The position numbers were made by a program, and so were the translations under genes. This document shows, in pieces, positions 49,176 to 58,527 of a DNA stretch of 64,000 nucleotides. Source of the stretch: Clostridia bacterium (GTDB lineage Bacteria > Bacillota > Clostridia > UMGS1883 > UMGS1540); assembly GCA_045590195.1 (NCBI GenBank), contig JAZNQN010000044.1, positions 100,889 to 164,888 of the forward strand, read 5' to 3'. The first letter of the stretch is position 1; every line of letters begins with the position of its first letter. The notes under the pieces are model-generated. The model was not told the origin of the DNA, did not search any database, and saw only the letters and a list, made by a program, of their open reading frames with translations.

Positions 49176-50052
49176 TGGTTTTCGTTATTATTTAAGTGAA
49201 TCTTTCAAAAGTATATGGTATAATAAGCCCATGGCAATAACTTCTGTAATTACCGTAATGGGTTGCCTTTTGCTTTTTGGTTTCTTTATGGTTTTGGGCC
49301 TTAACATCAACTACATAACACAGCAAGTTGAACAGCAGTGTGAAATGCAGGCATATCTTCCCATGGATGCCACCGCAGAGCAGGAGGCGGCAACCTTAAA
49401 TGCCGTTAAAGCCGTACCCGGAATTGGCACAGTTACTTTTGAAACCAGAGAACAGGCTTATGAAAATTACAAAGAAATGCTCGGCGAAAAGGCAATTGTT
49501 TTAAAAGACCTTGACCCTGCCGACTTTTTACCTGCATCATGCAGAATTGTTCCCGACGACATTACTAAAATTCCGGAACTTATTAAACTTGTTGAAAAAA
49601 TTGAAGGTGTTGACGAGGTTGTAACCCCTACCGACACCATTGACAACATTATTTCTGCAACTGCTGCAATCAGAATGGGATGCATAATTTTTACAGTTTT
49701 ACTTGCAATTATTGCGGTGTTTATTATTACAAACACAATTAAACTTGATATTCACGCAAGGCAGAAAGAAATTCACATTATGAAATATGTTGGCGCAACC
49801 GACTGGTTTATAAGATGGCCTTTTATTATTGAAGGTATTATTGTTGGTTTAATTGGCGCTATTATTTCAATTTTTATTTTAAGCGGTGCAGTTTCCGCAG
49901 TTATTGAGGCTATAACAGCTAATTTCCAGGCATTTAAGCTTTTAACTGCCGCATCTGTTATGCCGATACTTATTGGTGTTCTGGCAATTTTCGGTGCTCT
50001 TATCGGCGCACTTGGCAGCCTTATAGCAATAAGAAAACATTTAAGGGTGTAA
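49141..50052 (+). CDS. ftsX: cell-division permease FtsX
   Basis: 4-TM FtsX topology with a large first extracellular loop. Start uncertain: ATG 49141, or TTG 49165 after an AGAAAGGTGG RBS. Overlaps the ftsE 3' end. Confidence 0.85.
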   Translation: MKRKVVTTLGFNGFRYYLSESFKSIWYNKPMAITSVITVMGCLLLFGFFMVLGLNINYITQQVEQQCEMQAYLPMDATAEQEAATLNAVKAVPGIGTVTFETREQAYENYKEMLGEKAIVLKDLDPADFLPASCRIVPDDITKIPELIKLVEKIEGVDEVVTPTDTIDNIISATAAIRMGCIIFTVLLAIIAVFIITNTIKLDIHARQKEIHIMKYVGATDWFIRWPFIIEGIIVGLIGAIISIFILSGAVSAVIEAITANFQAFKLLTAASVMPILIGVLAIFGALIGALGSLIAIRKHLRV

Positions 50053-50070
50053 CAGAAAGGAGATTTTATT

Positions 50071-51198
50071 ATGAAACGCAAAAGATATGTTGCCATAATT
50101 GCAATTATCTCTTTAATTGCTTTTCTCGCAATAACACTCCTGCCTACAATTTCAAATATTGTTTATGCGGCCGGAACAAGAGCTCAGCTTGAAGAAAAAC
50201 TTAAACAGTCACAGGCCAGCAAATCTGCGGCAGAACAAAAGGTTAAAGACCTTAATGCACAAAAAAGCTCTATAAAAGAAGAGCTTGAAGCTTTAAATTC
50301 TCAGATTGCCGAGGTTGAAAACGAAGTAAACGAAATGAACGCGGCAATTGCAGAAAACAATGCTCAAATTGAAGCTCAGCAGGAAAAAATTGATATTTAC
50401 GACGATGAATTCAAAGAAAGAGCCCGCACCATGTACAAACACGGCTCCGTTTCCTACCTTGATGTACTTTTTGGGGCAAACAGTTTCAGCGATTTGATGT
50501 ATAAAGTTAAAATGGTAGAGCGAATAATAAATTACGACAGAGCTATTATTCAGGAAATGACCGACGCAAGAACTGCTCTTGAAAAACAAAGGGAAGAAAA
50601 AGAATTTAACCTTCAGATTCTTGAAAACAAGCAAAGCGAATACAATTCAAAAATTGCTTTAAGAAACGAGAAGATAAACCAGATTAACTCCGATGTTGAA
50701 GCAGCACGTGCCCAGGCCGACAAAGAAGAAGCCGAAATGGCATCACTTCGCAGCCAGATAGCAAAGCTTGGTTCTTCCACATCGTCGGGCCCTTCTGTTG
50801 CATCTTATGGCTCTATGCAGTGGCCTTCGGCTACATCGAAATATATTACTTCACCTTACGGAACAAGATTCCACCCCATTCAGAAGCGCTACAAAACCCA
50901 CACAGGTATTGACATTGGTGCCGCTTCGGGAACACCTGTACTTGCAGCTGAATCGGGCAAGGTTATTATGGCTCAGTGGAACGGCGGCTACGGAAAATGT
51001 GTTGTAATTGACCACGGCGGCGGAATAACAACTCTTTACGGCCACAATAGTTCTTTAAGTGTAAGCGTTGGCCAGAAGGTTACAAAAGGCCAGCAAATTG
51101 CCCTTGTTGGCTCGACAGGCAACTCCACAGGCCCTCACATTCATTTCGAAGTACTTATAAATGGTAAGCATACCGATCCTATGGCATATGTAAGATAA
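50071..51198 (+). CDS. coiled-coil + M23 peptidase (EnvC/PcsB-like FtsEX-associated murein hydrolase activator/hydrolase)
   Basis: Signal/TM, long coiled coil, and a C-terminal M23 domain (HTGIDIGA…GPHIHFEV). Confidence 0.88.
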   Translation: MKRKRYVAIIAIISLIAFLAITLLPTISNIVYAAGTRAQLEEKLKQSQASKSAAEQKVKDLNAQKSSIKEELEALNSQIAEVENEVNEMNAAIAENNAQIEAQQEKIDIYDDEFKERARTMYKHGSVSYLDVLFGANSFSDLMYKVKMVERIINYDRAIIQEMTDARTALEKQREEKEFNLQILENKQSEYNSKIALRNEKINQINSDVEAARAQADKEEAEMASLRSQIAKLGSSTSSGPSVASYGSMQWPSATSKYITSPYGTRFHPIQKRYKTHTGIDIGAASGTPVLAAESGKVIMAQWNGGYGKCVVIDHGGGITTLYGHNSSLSVSVGQKVTKGQQIALVGSTGNSTGPHIHFEVLINGKHTDPMAYVR

Positions 51199-51216
51199 TT
51201 AAACCATATAATTTAC

Positions 51217-51236
51217 GGGCGGCATTTTTGCCGCCC
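51217..51236 (+). other. GC hairpin between the M23 gene and the protease gene (no U-tract)
   Basis: GGGCGGC-attttt-GCCGCCC. Confidence 0.4.
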
Positions 51237-51264
51237 ATAATAATGTTCGAAAGGAAGTTTTATT

Positions 51265-52422
51265 TTGTCGGAACGTAAAAAAATTATTCTGTCTGTAATA
51301 ATTACTTTTCTTGTTACTGTTTTTGGTGTTAACCTCTTTTATGGATTTACAGGCTCTAAAAGCGAGCTTGTTGAAAGCATTATAAAAGAACACTTTGTTG
51401 AAGATGTTGACAGCAGTAAAATTGATGAATATATGGCAAAAGGTGCTGCAGCAGCACTGGGTGACGACTATTCATATTACCTTACTTCTGAAGAGTACAC
51501 CGCACTTATGTCAGACATTACAGGCGAATACAAGGGAATTGGCGTTGAAGTTTATGTTAGTGCAGAAGGAAATTTAACTGTTTCAAACGTGTTTATGAAC
51601 ACTCCTGCCGAAAAAGCAGGCCTTCGCGCAGGCGACATTATTTATCAGGTTGACGATATTGTTGTTGATATGGAAACTTCGGCAGATGCCATAAGCTATA
51701 TGCGCGGCCTTTCAGAAGAAGGTAAAAAAGCTGAAACTATGACAATTCAGGTGATTCGCAACAACAACACTTTTTCAGCTGAACTAACACGCGATGAAAT
51801 TGTTGCTCAAACTATTTTCTCAAAGAATATTGACAATATAAAATATATTCGCATATCGTCCTTCTCCCCTTCAACCTATCAGGAATTTGTTACGGCTTTA
51901 AATGATATCGACAAATGCAAGGGGCTTATAATCGACGTTCGAAATAATCCCGGCGGAATACTTCAGACAGTTGTAGACATATGCGACACACTTTTGCCTC
52001 AGTCAACCGTTGTTTACACTAAAACGCGCGACGGAAAAGAAAAACATTTCAAAAGCGACAAAAGCTTTATAAATCTTCCCGTGGCAGTTTTAATAAATGG
52101 CGAAAGTGCATCTGCATCGGAAATTTTAGCAGGGGCTATTAAAGATAACAAAGCCGGCTTACTTATCGGCGAAAAAACCTACGGTAAGGGCAGTGTTCAG
52201 GAGATTTTTCCATTTAAGGACAATAGTGCTTTAAAACTTACAATTGCTTATTACTACACTCCTTCAGGCGTTTGCATAAACGGGATTGGTATTGAACCTG
52301 ATTTTGAAGTTGCAATACCCGAAGATACATTGAATCAACCCGTTACTACTTTGTCGGCAGATAACGACCCTCAGCTTTTAAAAGCCATTGAGCTTATATC
52401 AAGCGGAAAAATTACAAGATAA
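51265..52422 (+). CDS. S41-family carboxyl-terminal processing protease (CtpA/CtpB-like) with PDZ domain
   Basis: PDZ region, a GGI motif around the catalytic Ser (SASASEILAGAIKD) and Lys (TYGKGSVQ). TTG start 7 nt after AAGGAAG. Confidence 0.88.
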   Translation: MSERKKIILSVIITFLVTVFGVNLFYGFTGSKSELVESIIKEHFVEDVDSSKIDEYMAKGAAAALGDDYSYYLTSEEYTALMSDITGEYKGIGVEVYVSAEGNLTVSNVFMNTPAEKAGLRAGDIIYQVDDIVVDMETSADAISYMRGLSEEGKKAETMTIQVIRNNNTFSAELTRDEIVAQTIFSKNIDNIKYIRISSFSPSTYQEFVTALNDIDKCKGLIIDVRNNPGGILQTVVDICDTLLPQSTVVYTKTRDGKEKHFKSDKSFINLPVAVLINGESASASEILAGAIKDNKAGLLIGEKTYGKGSVQEIFPFKDNSALKLTIAYYYTPSGVCINGIGIEPDFEVAIPEDTLNQPVTTLSADNDPQLLKAIELISSGKITR

Positions 52423-52475
52423 CGAATAATCAATTAAATTGCGGTTATAACATTTTTTGTAAGGAGCTGCAATTT

Positions 52476-52844
52476 ATGATTTATCCAATTTTATTTATTA
52501 TTGGTGGCACAGGTTACTGTTTGCTTGAAATTATCTGGCGAGGCTATACTCATTGGAGTATGGCTCTGGCAGGTGCGCTTTCACTTGTGTTTATGGGTTA
52601 TTTATGCTTAAACTTTAAAGAATTGCCTGTTTTTTTCAAAGCACTGCTTTCTTCTTTGTTCATTACGGGCACAGAACTTATATTCGGCATAATATTTAAC
52701 CTTTATTTTAATATGGATGTGTGGAACTATTCAAACAGTCCATTTAATTTTGCAGGCCAGATTTGCCCACAGTTTTCGCTTTTATGGTTCTTTTTAAGCT
52801 ATGGGGTAATATTCACTTTGGAAAAGGTTTTTTTAACGCTTTAA
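52476..52844 (+). CDS. small hydrophobic membrane protein (4 TM), function unknown
   Basis: AAGGAG RBS. 122 aa, almost entirely hydrophobic. Confidence 0.65.
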   Translation: MIYPILFIIGGTGYCLLEIIWRGYTHWSMALAGALSLVFMGYLCLNFKELPVFFKALLSSLFITGTELIFGIIFNLYFNMDVWNYSNSPFNFAGQICPQFSLLWFFLSYGVIFTLEKVFLTL

Positions 52845-52858
52845 TTTTGTCTTTTTCT

Positions 52859-52887
52859 ATTGACAAGCCTTAAAAGGTGTTATAAAA
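52859..52887 (+). promoter_or_regulatory. promoter upstream of the small-exporter-like gene and metK
   Basis: TTGACA, 17-nt spacer, TAAAAT. Confidence 0.5.
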
Positions 52888-52919
52888 TTATATATTATCA
52901 AATTACAGATGAGGTAACT

Positions 52920-53399
52920 ATGTCATCATTTTTAAATTTATTTACAAAAGAAATTTATGTGGCATTTGTTTCAATGCTTCCTCTTATTGAACTGCGAGGT
53001 GCTATTCCTGTTGGTGCAGCTTTGGGGCTTTCAACACTTACAACCTACATAATAGCAGTAATAGGAAATTTATTGCCAATTCCGTTTATTCTCTGGTTTT
53101 CAAGGCCAATTATGGCGTGGCTTAAAAAAACAAAGCCCCTTCGCCCTATTGCCGAAAAGCTTGAACAGAAAACAGAGGCAAACAGAGAAAAAATTATGAA
53201 GTACAGCGCATTTGGCCTTTTCCTGTTTGTTGCCATTCCTCTTCCGGGAACAGGCGCATGGTCGGGCGCTCTTGCTGCTGCACTTTTTGATATGAGATTT
53301 AAATATGCATTTCCAAGCATTGCGCTTGGCGTTTTAGCCGCAGGGCTTATAATGTGTTTTGGAACTTCTATTGTTGGGTGGATTATTGGTATTTTTTAG
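52920..53399 (+). CDS. small membrane protein of the putative small-multidrug-export family (COG2426-like)
   Basis: LPLIELRGAIPVGAALGL and PLPGTGAWSGALAA motifs. ATG at 52920 with a GAGGT RBS. The track extension from 52860 overlaps the promoter. Confidence 0.7.
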   Translation: MSSFLNLFTKEIYVAFVSMLPLIELRGAIPVGAALGLSTLTTYIIAVIGNLLPIPFILWFSRPIMAWLKKTKPLRPIAEKLEQKTEANREKIMKYSAFGLFLFVAIPLPGTGAWSGALAAALFDMRFKYAFPSIALGVLAAGLIMCFGTSIVGWIIGIF

Positions 53400-53423
53400 T
53401 ATTTTAAAGAAAGGCTTTTACTT

Positions 53424-54581
53424 ATGAGAAAATTTTTTACTTCAGAATCAGTTACAGAAGGTCATCCTGATAAAATGTGTGACCGCATTTCAGATAATAT
53501 TCTTGATGCTATTTTAGCTCAGGACAAGAACGCAAGGGTTGCCTGCGAAACCTGTACAACAACAGGTATTGTTATGGTTATGGGCGAAATTACAACAAAT
53601 TGCCATGTTGATTTCCCGACAATTGTAAGAGATACTGTTAAAGATATTGGCTACACAAACTCTGCCTACGGTTTTGACGCTGAAACCTGCTCTGTTTTAA
53701 ACAGTATTCACGGCCAGTCGCCTGATATTGCTTTAGGGGTTGATTTATCTCTTGAAGCTAAAGAAGGTTCCTGCAACTGCGGCAGCGGCGCAGGCGACCA
53801 GGGTATGATGTTCGGCTATGCCTGCAACGAAACAAAAACTTTAATGCCTATGCCTATATCTCTCGCTCACAAGCTTTCCAAAAAGCTTTCCGAGGTTAGG
53901 AAAAATGGAACTCTTACATATTTAAGACCTGACGGCAAAAGCCAGGTAACTGTTGAATATGAAAACGACAAGCCCGTAAGAATTGACACGGTTGTAATCT
54001 CTACTCAGCACGACCCTGATGTTACACTCGAGCAAATTCGTGAAGATATGATTAAATATGTTATTATTCCTTCACTTCCACAAAATCTTTTAGACGACAA
54101 AACAAAATATTTTATAAACCCAACAGGCAGATTTGTTGTTGGCGGACCTCACGGCGACAGCGGCCTTACAGGAAGAAAAATTATTGTTGACACTTATGGC
54201 GGAATGGCTCGCCACGGTGGCGGGGCTTTCTCCGGCAAAGACCCTTCAAAGGTTGACAGAAGCGCGGCTTACATGGCAAGATACGTTGCAAAAAATCTTG
54301 TTGCCGCTTCTCTTGCTGAAAAATGTGAAGTTCAGCTTGCTTATGCAATTGGTGTTGCAAAGCCTGTATCTGTCAGAGTTGATACTTTCGGCACTTCAAA
54401 GCTTTCTGAAAGTCAGCTTGTAGAAATTGTTAACAAAAACTTCGACCTTCGCCCTGACAGCATTATCGAAACTCTCGATTTGAAGCGCCCTATTTACGGC
54501 CAGACAGCGGCTTATGGTCACTTTGGAAGAGAAGATGTTGCCCTCCCCTGGGAAAACACTTCAATTTCACTTAATCTGTAA
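53424..54581 (+). CDS. metK: S-adenosylmethionine synthetase
   Basis: [22 protein letters not shown], and the GGGAFSGKD signature. 385 aa. Confidence 0.93.
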   Translation: MRKFFTSESVTEGHPDKMCDRISDNILDAILAQDKNARVACETCTTTGIVMVMGEITTNCHVDFPTIVRDTVKDIGYTNSAYGFDAETCSVLNSIHGQSPDIALGVDLSLEAKEGSCNCGSGAGDQGMMFGYACNETKTLMPMPISLAHKLSKKLSEVRKNGTLTYLRPDGKSQVTVEYENDKPVRIDTVVISTQHDPDVTLEQIREDMIKYVIIPSLPQNLLDDKTKYFINPTGRFVVGGPHGDSGLTGRKIIVDTYGGMARHGGGAFSGKDPSKVDRSAAYMARYVAKNLVAASLAEKCEVQLAYAIGVAKPVSVRVDTFGTSKLSESQLVEIVNKNFDLRPDSIIETLDLKRPIYGQTAAYGHFGREDVALPWENTSISLNL

Positions 54582-54610
54582 CATTACTATCCCCCTTTTC
54601 ATATAATGAA

Positions 54611-54895
54611 TTGGGGGTGGTTTATAAGGTGCAATATATTTTGCCTGCCCTGCTTGTTTTTCTTGTTGGCATTATCGGGCTTGTTATTTTGAATTTTTCG
54701 CTTTTGCGCCTCAATAGTGAAAGCGTTAAAATTGTAATTGACGGTGATGCTTCTCCCGAAAACCTTGAAGGGCTTGTAATTGCTGCAAAAGATGTGGCAG
54801 AAAGATATTTAATTGGTGCACAGATATACATAGAAGGCGGAAGCGAATTCCAGGTTGATTTGCTTTGCAAAAGGTATGATGTGCAAAAAATATAA
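54611..54895 (+). CDS. hypothetical membrane-anchored small protein
   Basis: N-terminal TM then an 80-aa soluble part. TTG at 54611, or GTG at 54629 downstream of GGGGGTGG. Confidence 0.5.
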   Translation: MGVVYKVQYILPALLVFLVGIIGLVILNFSLLRLNSESVKIVIDGDASPENLEGLVIAAKDVAERYLIGAQIYIEGGSEFQVDLLCKRYDVQKI

Positions 54896-54918
54896 GTGCC
54901 CGCAGGGGCACTTTTTAT
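54895..54918 (+). terminator. rho-independent terminator directly abutting the recD2 RBS
   Basis: AGTGCCC-gcag-GGGCACT followed by TTTTTAT, then AAGGAAAGGAG and ATG at 54936. Confidence 0.6.
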
Positions 54919-54935
54919 AAGGAAAGGAGAATGAT

Positions 54936-57137
54936 ATGGAACAAAACTTTGCCGAAGGCGTTGTTTCGGAAATTATTTTTACAAATGAAGATAACGGCTA
55001 TACAGTATGTTCCATCGACAATGGCGATGATGAATTTGTTGCCGTTGGAATTATGCCCTCCCTTTCCGCAGGCGAAAGCATAAGAATTTACGGCGAATGG
55101 ACAACCCATCCCGACTATGGCCATCAGTTTAAAGTAACAAGCTACGAAAACATTCTTCCGAAAACTCAAACTCAAATTCTTATGTACCTTTCTATGGGAA
55201 TTATAAAGGGTGTTGGCCCTTCAACTGCCAGTAAAATTGTTAAAAAATTTGGCGATAAGGCCCTTGATATTATGCGTGACGACCCCATGCAGCTTACCGT
55301 AATTAAAGGCATAAGCGAAAACAAGGCTCTTATTATGAGTCAGTCGCTTATTTCAAAGCAGGTTATGCAAAACCTTGTTATGTTTTTGCAGCCATTTGGC
55401 GTAACGGCGGCCTTTGCCCTGAAGGTTTTTAAAAAATTCGGCCCCGAGGCTGTAAATAAAATAAAAGAAAACCCATATATTCTTTGCGAGGTTGACGGAA
55501 TTGGTTTTTTAACGGCGGACAAGCTTGCAGCTAAAATAGGTGTTGAGCCTGACAACGAGCAGCGCCTTACGCAGGGTGTTTTATATTGTTTAAAAGAATA
55601 CTCGCAAAACGGGCACACCTGCGTTGAATACGAAGGGCTTATCTCACTTAGCCAGAAGGTTTTAAAATGTGATAATACTTGTGCCGAAAACGCAATTTTC
55701 TCGCTTATTACAACAGGCAAAATTATAAAAGAAAATATTGGCGACAAGATTTTTTGCTATCTTCCTGCGTTTTTTAATGCTGAGGTTGGCGTTGCAAGGC
55801 GCCTTGAAGCTCTGCTTTTGGAAAGAGGCTCTACTTTATGCAAATCTTTTGATGAAACAGTTAAAGCCATTGAAATAAGCAGCGGTATAACTTTATCACA
55901 GGAGCAGAAAGAGGCATGCTTTAAAGCCTGTACAAACAGCGTTTTTATTATTACAGGCGGCCCGGGAACTGGAAAAACAACCATTATAAACACTATTATT
56001 TCAATTTTGGAAAAAGAAGATAAAACTGTTGCACTTTGTGCGCCTACAGGCCGCGCAGCAAAAAGGCTTACAGAAACTTGTGGAATGGAAGCCAAAACCA
56101 TTCATCGCCTACTTGAAATATGTTTTTCCGAGGGCGAAATGCAAAGCTTTATGCGAAGCGAAACCTTTCCCGTTGAAGAAGATGTTATAATTGTTGACGA
56201 GATGAGTATGGTTGACATACTTTTAATGAATTCGCTTTTAAAGGCAATAAAGCCCGGTGCAACCCTTATTATGGCAGGAGATTTTGACCAGCTTCCCTCA
56301 GTTGGAGCAGGAAATGTTCTTTGCGATATGATAAATTCGGGCAAAATTCCGTTTTTAAGGCTTACGGAGATTTATCGTCAGGCATCGGAAAGTATGATAG
56401 TTGTAAATGCACATAAAATAAACGCCGGCGAAGCACCGATTTTAAACCAAAAGGACCGCGACTTTTTCTTTATGGAAAGAGAAGATGCCGACGATATTTT
56501 AAATACTGTTTCTGCCCTTTATACAACACGCCTTCCAAATGCGTACGGATACGACAAAATGGCAGAAATTCAGGTTATATCCCCTGCCAGAAAAACAAGG
56601 CTTGGCGTAATTGAACTGAACCGCCGCCTTCAGGCAGATGTAAACCCACCTACCGACAAGAAAAACGAAAAAACCTTTGGAGAGTACACTTTCCGCGAAG
56701 GCGACAAGGTTATGCAGATAAAGAATAACTACACTACCACCTGGAAAAATATTTACGATGGCAGTGAGGGCATTGGCATTTTCAACGGCGATATCGGAAG
56801 AATTGTTACAATAAACAGTTACGAAAAAACTATTACAATTGTTTTTGACGAGGAGCGGCGCGTTATATACGATTTTTCGCAGTTTGAAGAAATTGAGCCT
56901 GCATATGCAGTTACTGTTCACAAAAGCCAGGGAAGTGAATTTCCTGCGGTAATAATTCCTATGTACCCATCTGCCCCACAGCTTATGAACCGCAACCTTT
57001 TATACACGGCTCTTACAAGAGCGAAAAATCTTGTTGTTTTTGTTGGGAGAAAAGATTGTCTTTACAAAATGATTCAAAATACCAATGTTTCAGTTAGAAA
57101 CTGCGGACTTAGAAATAAACTGGAGAAACTGCTTTGA
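54936..57137 (+). CDS. recD2: ATP-dependent RecD-like DNA helicase (RecD2)
   Basis: N-terminal HhH region, Walker A GGPGTGKTT, DEMSMVD Walker B, and C-terminal SH3/UvrD_C_2 (VTVHKSQGSEF). Confidence 0.9.
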   Translation: MEQNFAEGVVSEIIFTNEDNGYTVCSIDNGDDEFVAVGIMPSLSAGESIRIYGEWTTHPDYGHQFKVTSYENILPKTQTQILMYLSMGIIKGVGPSTASKIVKKFGDKALDIMRDDPMQLTVIKGISENKALIMSQSLISKQVMQNLVMFLQPFGVTAAFALKVFKKFGPEAVNKIKENPYILCEVDGIGFLTADKLAAKIGVEPDNEQRLTQGVLYCLKEYSQNGHTCVEYEGLISLSQKVLKCDNTCAENAIFSLITTGKIIKENIGDKIFCYLPAFFNAEVGVARRLEALLLERGSTLCKSFDETVKAIEISSGITLSQEQKEACFKACTNSVFIITGGPGTGKTTIINTIISILEKEDKTVALCAPTGRAAKRLTETCGMEAKTIHRLLEICFSEGEMQSFMRSETFPVEEDVIIVDEMSMVDILLMNSLLKAIKPGATLIMAGDFDQLPSVGAGNVLCDMINSGKIPFLRLTEIYRQASESMIVVNAHKINAGEAPILNQKDRDFFFMEREDADDILNTVSALYTTRLPNAYGYDKMAEIQVISPARKTRLGVIELNRRLQADVNPPTDKKNEKTFGEYTFREGDKVMQIKNNYTTTWKNIYDGSEGIGIFNGDIGRIVTINSYEKTITIVFDEERRVIYDFSQFEEIEPAYAVTVHKSQGSEFPAVIIPMYPSAPQLMNRNLLYTALTRAKNLVVFVGRKDCLYKMIQNTNVSVRNCGLRNKLEKLL

Positions 57138-57853
57138 AAAAACTGATTTCAAAAATACTTCACGTGCTTTATCCAACAAAATGTGTTTTTTGCGAAGGCT
57201 TTATAAAAGACAGCAAAATTCGAATTTGCAATAAATGTGCGAAAAATATAAGCTATAACAAAAATTACTGCCTTAAATGCGGCGACAGAATTGACGCCGT
57301 TTTCGGCGCTCCTATTTGCCAGCACTGCCGCGGCAAAAGCAGGCACTTTGAAAGAGTTTTTGTTCCACTTATATATAAAGATAAAGTACGAAATTCTATA
57401 TTAAGCTTCAAATTTCGCGGAAGGAAAAGCTATAGCAAAACTTTTGCAATTTTAATTTTTACACATCTTCGCCAACACGGTTTTATTCCCGACAAAGTAA
57501 CCTTTGTTCCAATTCATAAGAAACGCCTTCTCAAAAGAGGTTACAACCAAACAGAGGTTGTTGCAAAAGAACTGGCTGCGCTTTTAAACGTTCCGTGTTT
57601 GCCTCTTCTTAAAAAGAGCTATTTTACGCCTAAGCTTTCAAATCTTTCATTCGCTCAGCGAATTAATACAGTTAAAGGCTCTTTTGAGGCAATAAATACC
57701 GGCGAAAATTTAAAAGATAATAATATTTTACTTGTTGATGACATTATTACAACATCTGCAACTGCAGAAGAATGTTGTTCTGTTCTTAAAAAAGCATTTG
57801 GTTGCAAACTATATGTTGCCGCCATTGCATCATCAGAAAGGCATAAAAAATAA
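57134..57853 (+). CDS. comFC: ComF-family protein (ComFC-type: double zinc ribbon + phosphoribosyltransferase domain)
   Basis: CxxC…CxxC x2 N-terminus and a PRTase motif LLVDDIITTSATA. TTG start overlapping the recD2 stop. Confidence 0.85.
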   Translation: MKKLISKILHVLYPTKCVFCEGFIKDSKIRICNKCAKNISYNKNYCLKCGDRIDAVFGAPICQHCRGKSRHFERVFVPLIYKDKVRNSILSFKFRGRKSYSKTFAILIFTHLRQHGFIPDKVTFVPIHKKRLLKRGYNQTEVVAKELAALLNVPCLPLLKKSYFTPKLSNLSFAQRINTVKGSFEAINTGENLKDNNILLVDDIITTSATAEECCSVLKKAFGCKLYVAAIASSERHKK

Positions 57854-57884
57854 CCCATCGAAAGATGGGTTATTTTTGTTTTTA
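57853..57884. terminator. bidirectional rho-independent terminator between comFC and upp
   Basis: AACCCATC-gaaa-GATGGGTT with AAAAAA on the left and TTTTTGTTTTT on the right. Confidence 0.7.
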
Positions 57885-58511
57885 TTAAAGTGTTCCGAAA
57901 AGTCTGTCGCCGGCATCTCCAAGGCCGGGAACAATATAAGCATTTTCGTTAAGTTTTTCATCGAGAGCTGCAACATAAATATCAACATCAGGATGAGCTT
58001 TCTGAACAACCTCAACGCCCTCGGGAGCTGCAATTACGCACATAAGCTTAATTTTTTTAGCTCCGCGTTTTTTAATAAAATCAATTGCTGCCGCAGAAGA
58101 GCCACCTGTTGCAAGCATTGGGTCAACAACGATTACCTGGCGCTGTTCAATATCTGTTGGCAGTTTGCAATAATACTCAACAGGCTGATGAGTATCATGG
58201 TCGCGATAAAGGCCTATATGCCCAACTTTAGCCGCAGGAATAAGGCTCATTAAAGCATCAACCATTCCAAGGCCGGCACGAAGTATTGGCACAATTGCAA
58301 CCTGTTTTTTAATTTCTTTACCAATTGTTTCACAAATAGGTGTTTTAACCTTTTTGTCAGTAAGTTCGAGGTCTTTAGTAGCCTCGTATCCCATAAGAAG
58401 AGCAATTTCGTTTACAAGTTCACGAAAGTCTTTTACAGTTGTGTTTTCATCTCTAAGCATTGTCACTTTATGGGCAATTAAGGGATGATTCATTACATAA
58501 AGTTCACTCAT
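57885..58511 (-). CDS. upp: uracil phosphoribosyltransferase
   Basis: [18 protein letters not shown]-terminus and a PRPP motif [13 protein letters not shown]. Confidence 0.92.
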   Translation of the reverse strand: MSELYVMNHPLIAHKVTMLRDENTTVKDFRELVNEIALLMGYEATKDLELTDKKVKTPICETIGKEIKKQVAIVPILRAGLGMVDALMSLIPAAKVGHIGLYRDHDTHQPVEYYCKLPTDIEQRQVIVVDPMLATGGSSAAAIDFIKKRGAKKIKLMCVIAAPEGVEVVQKAHPDVDIYVAALDEKLNENAYIVPGLGDAGDRLFGTL

Positions 58512-58527
58512 TTTTATCCCTCTTTTA

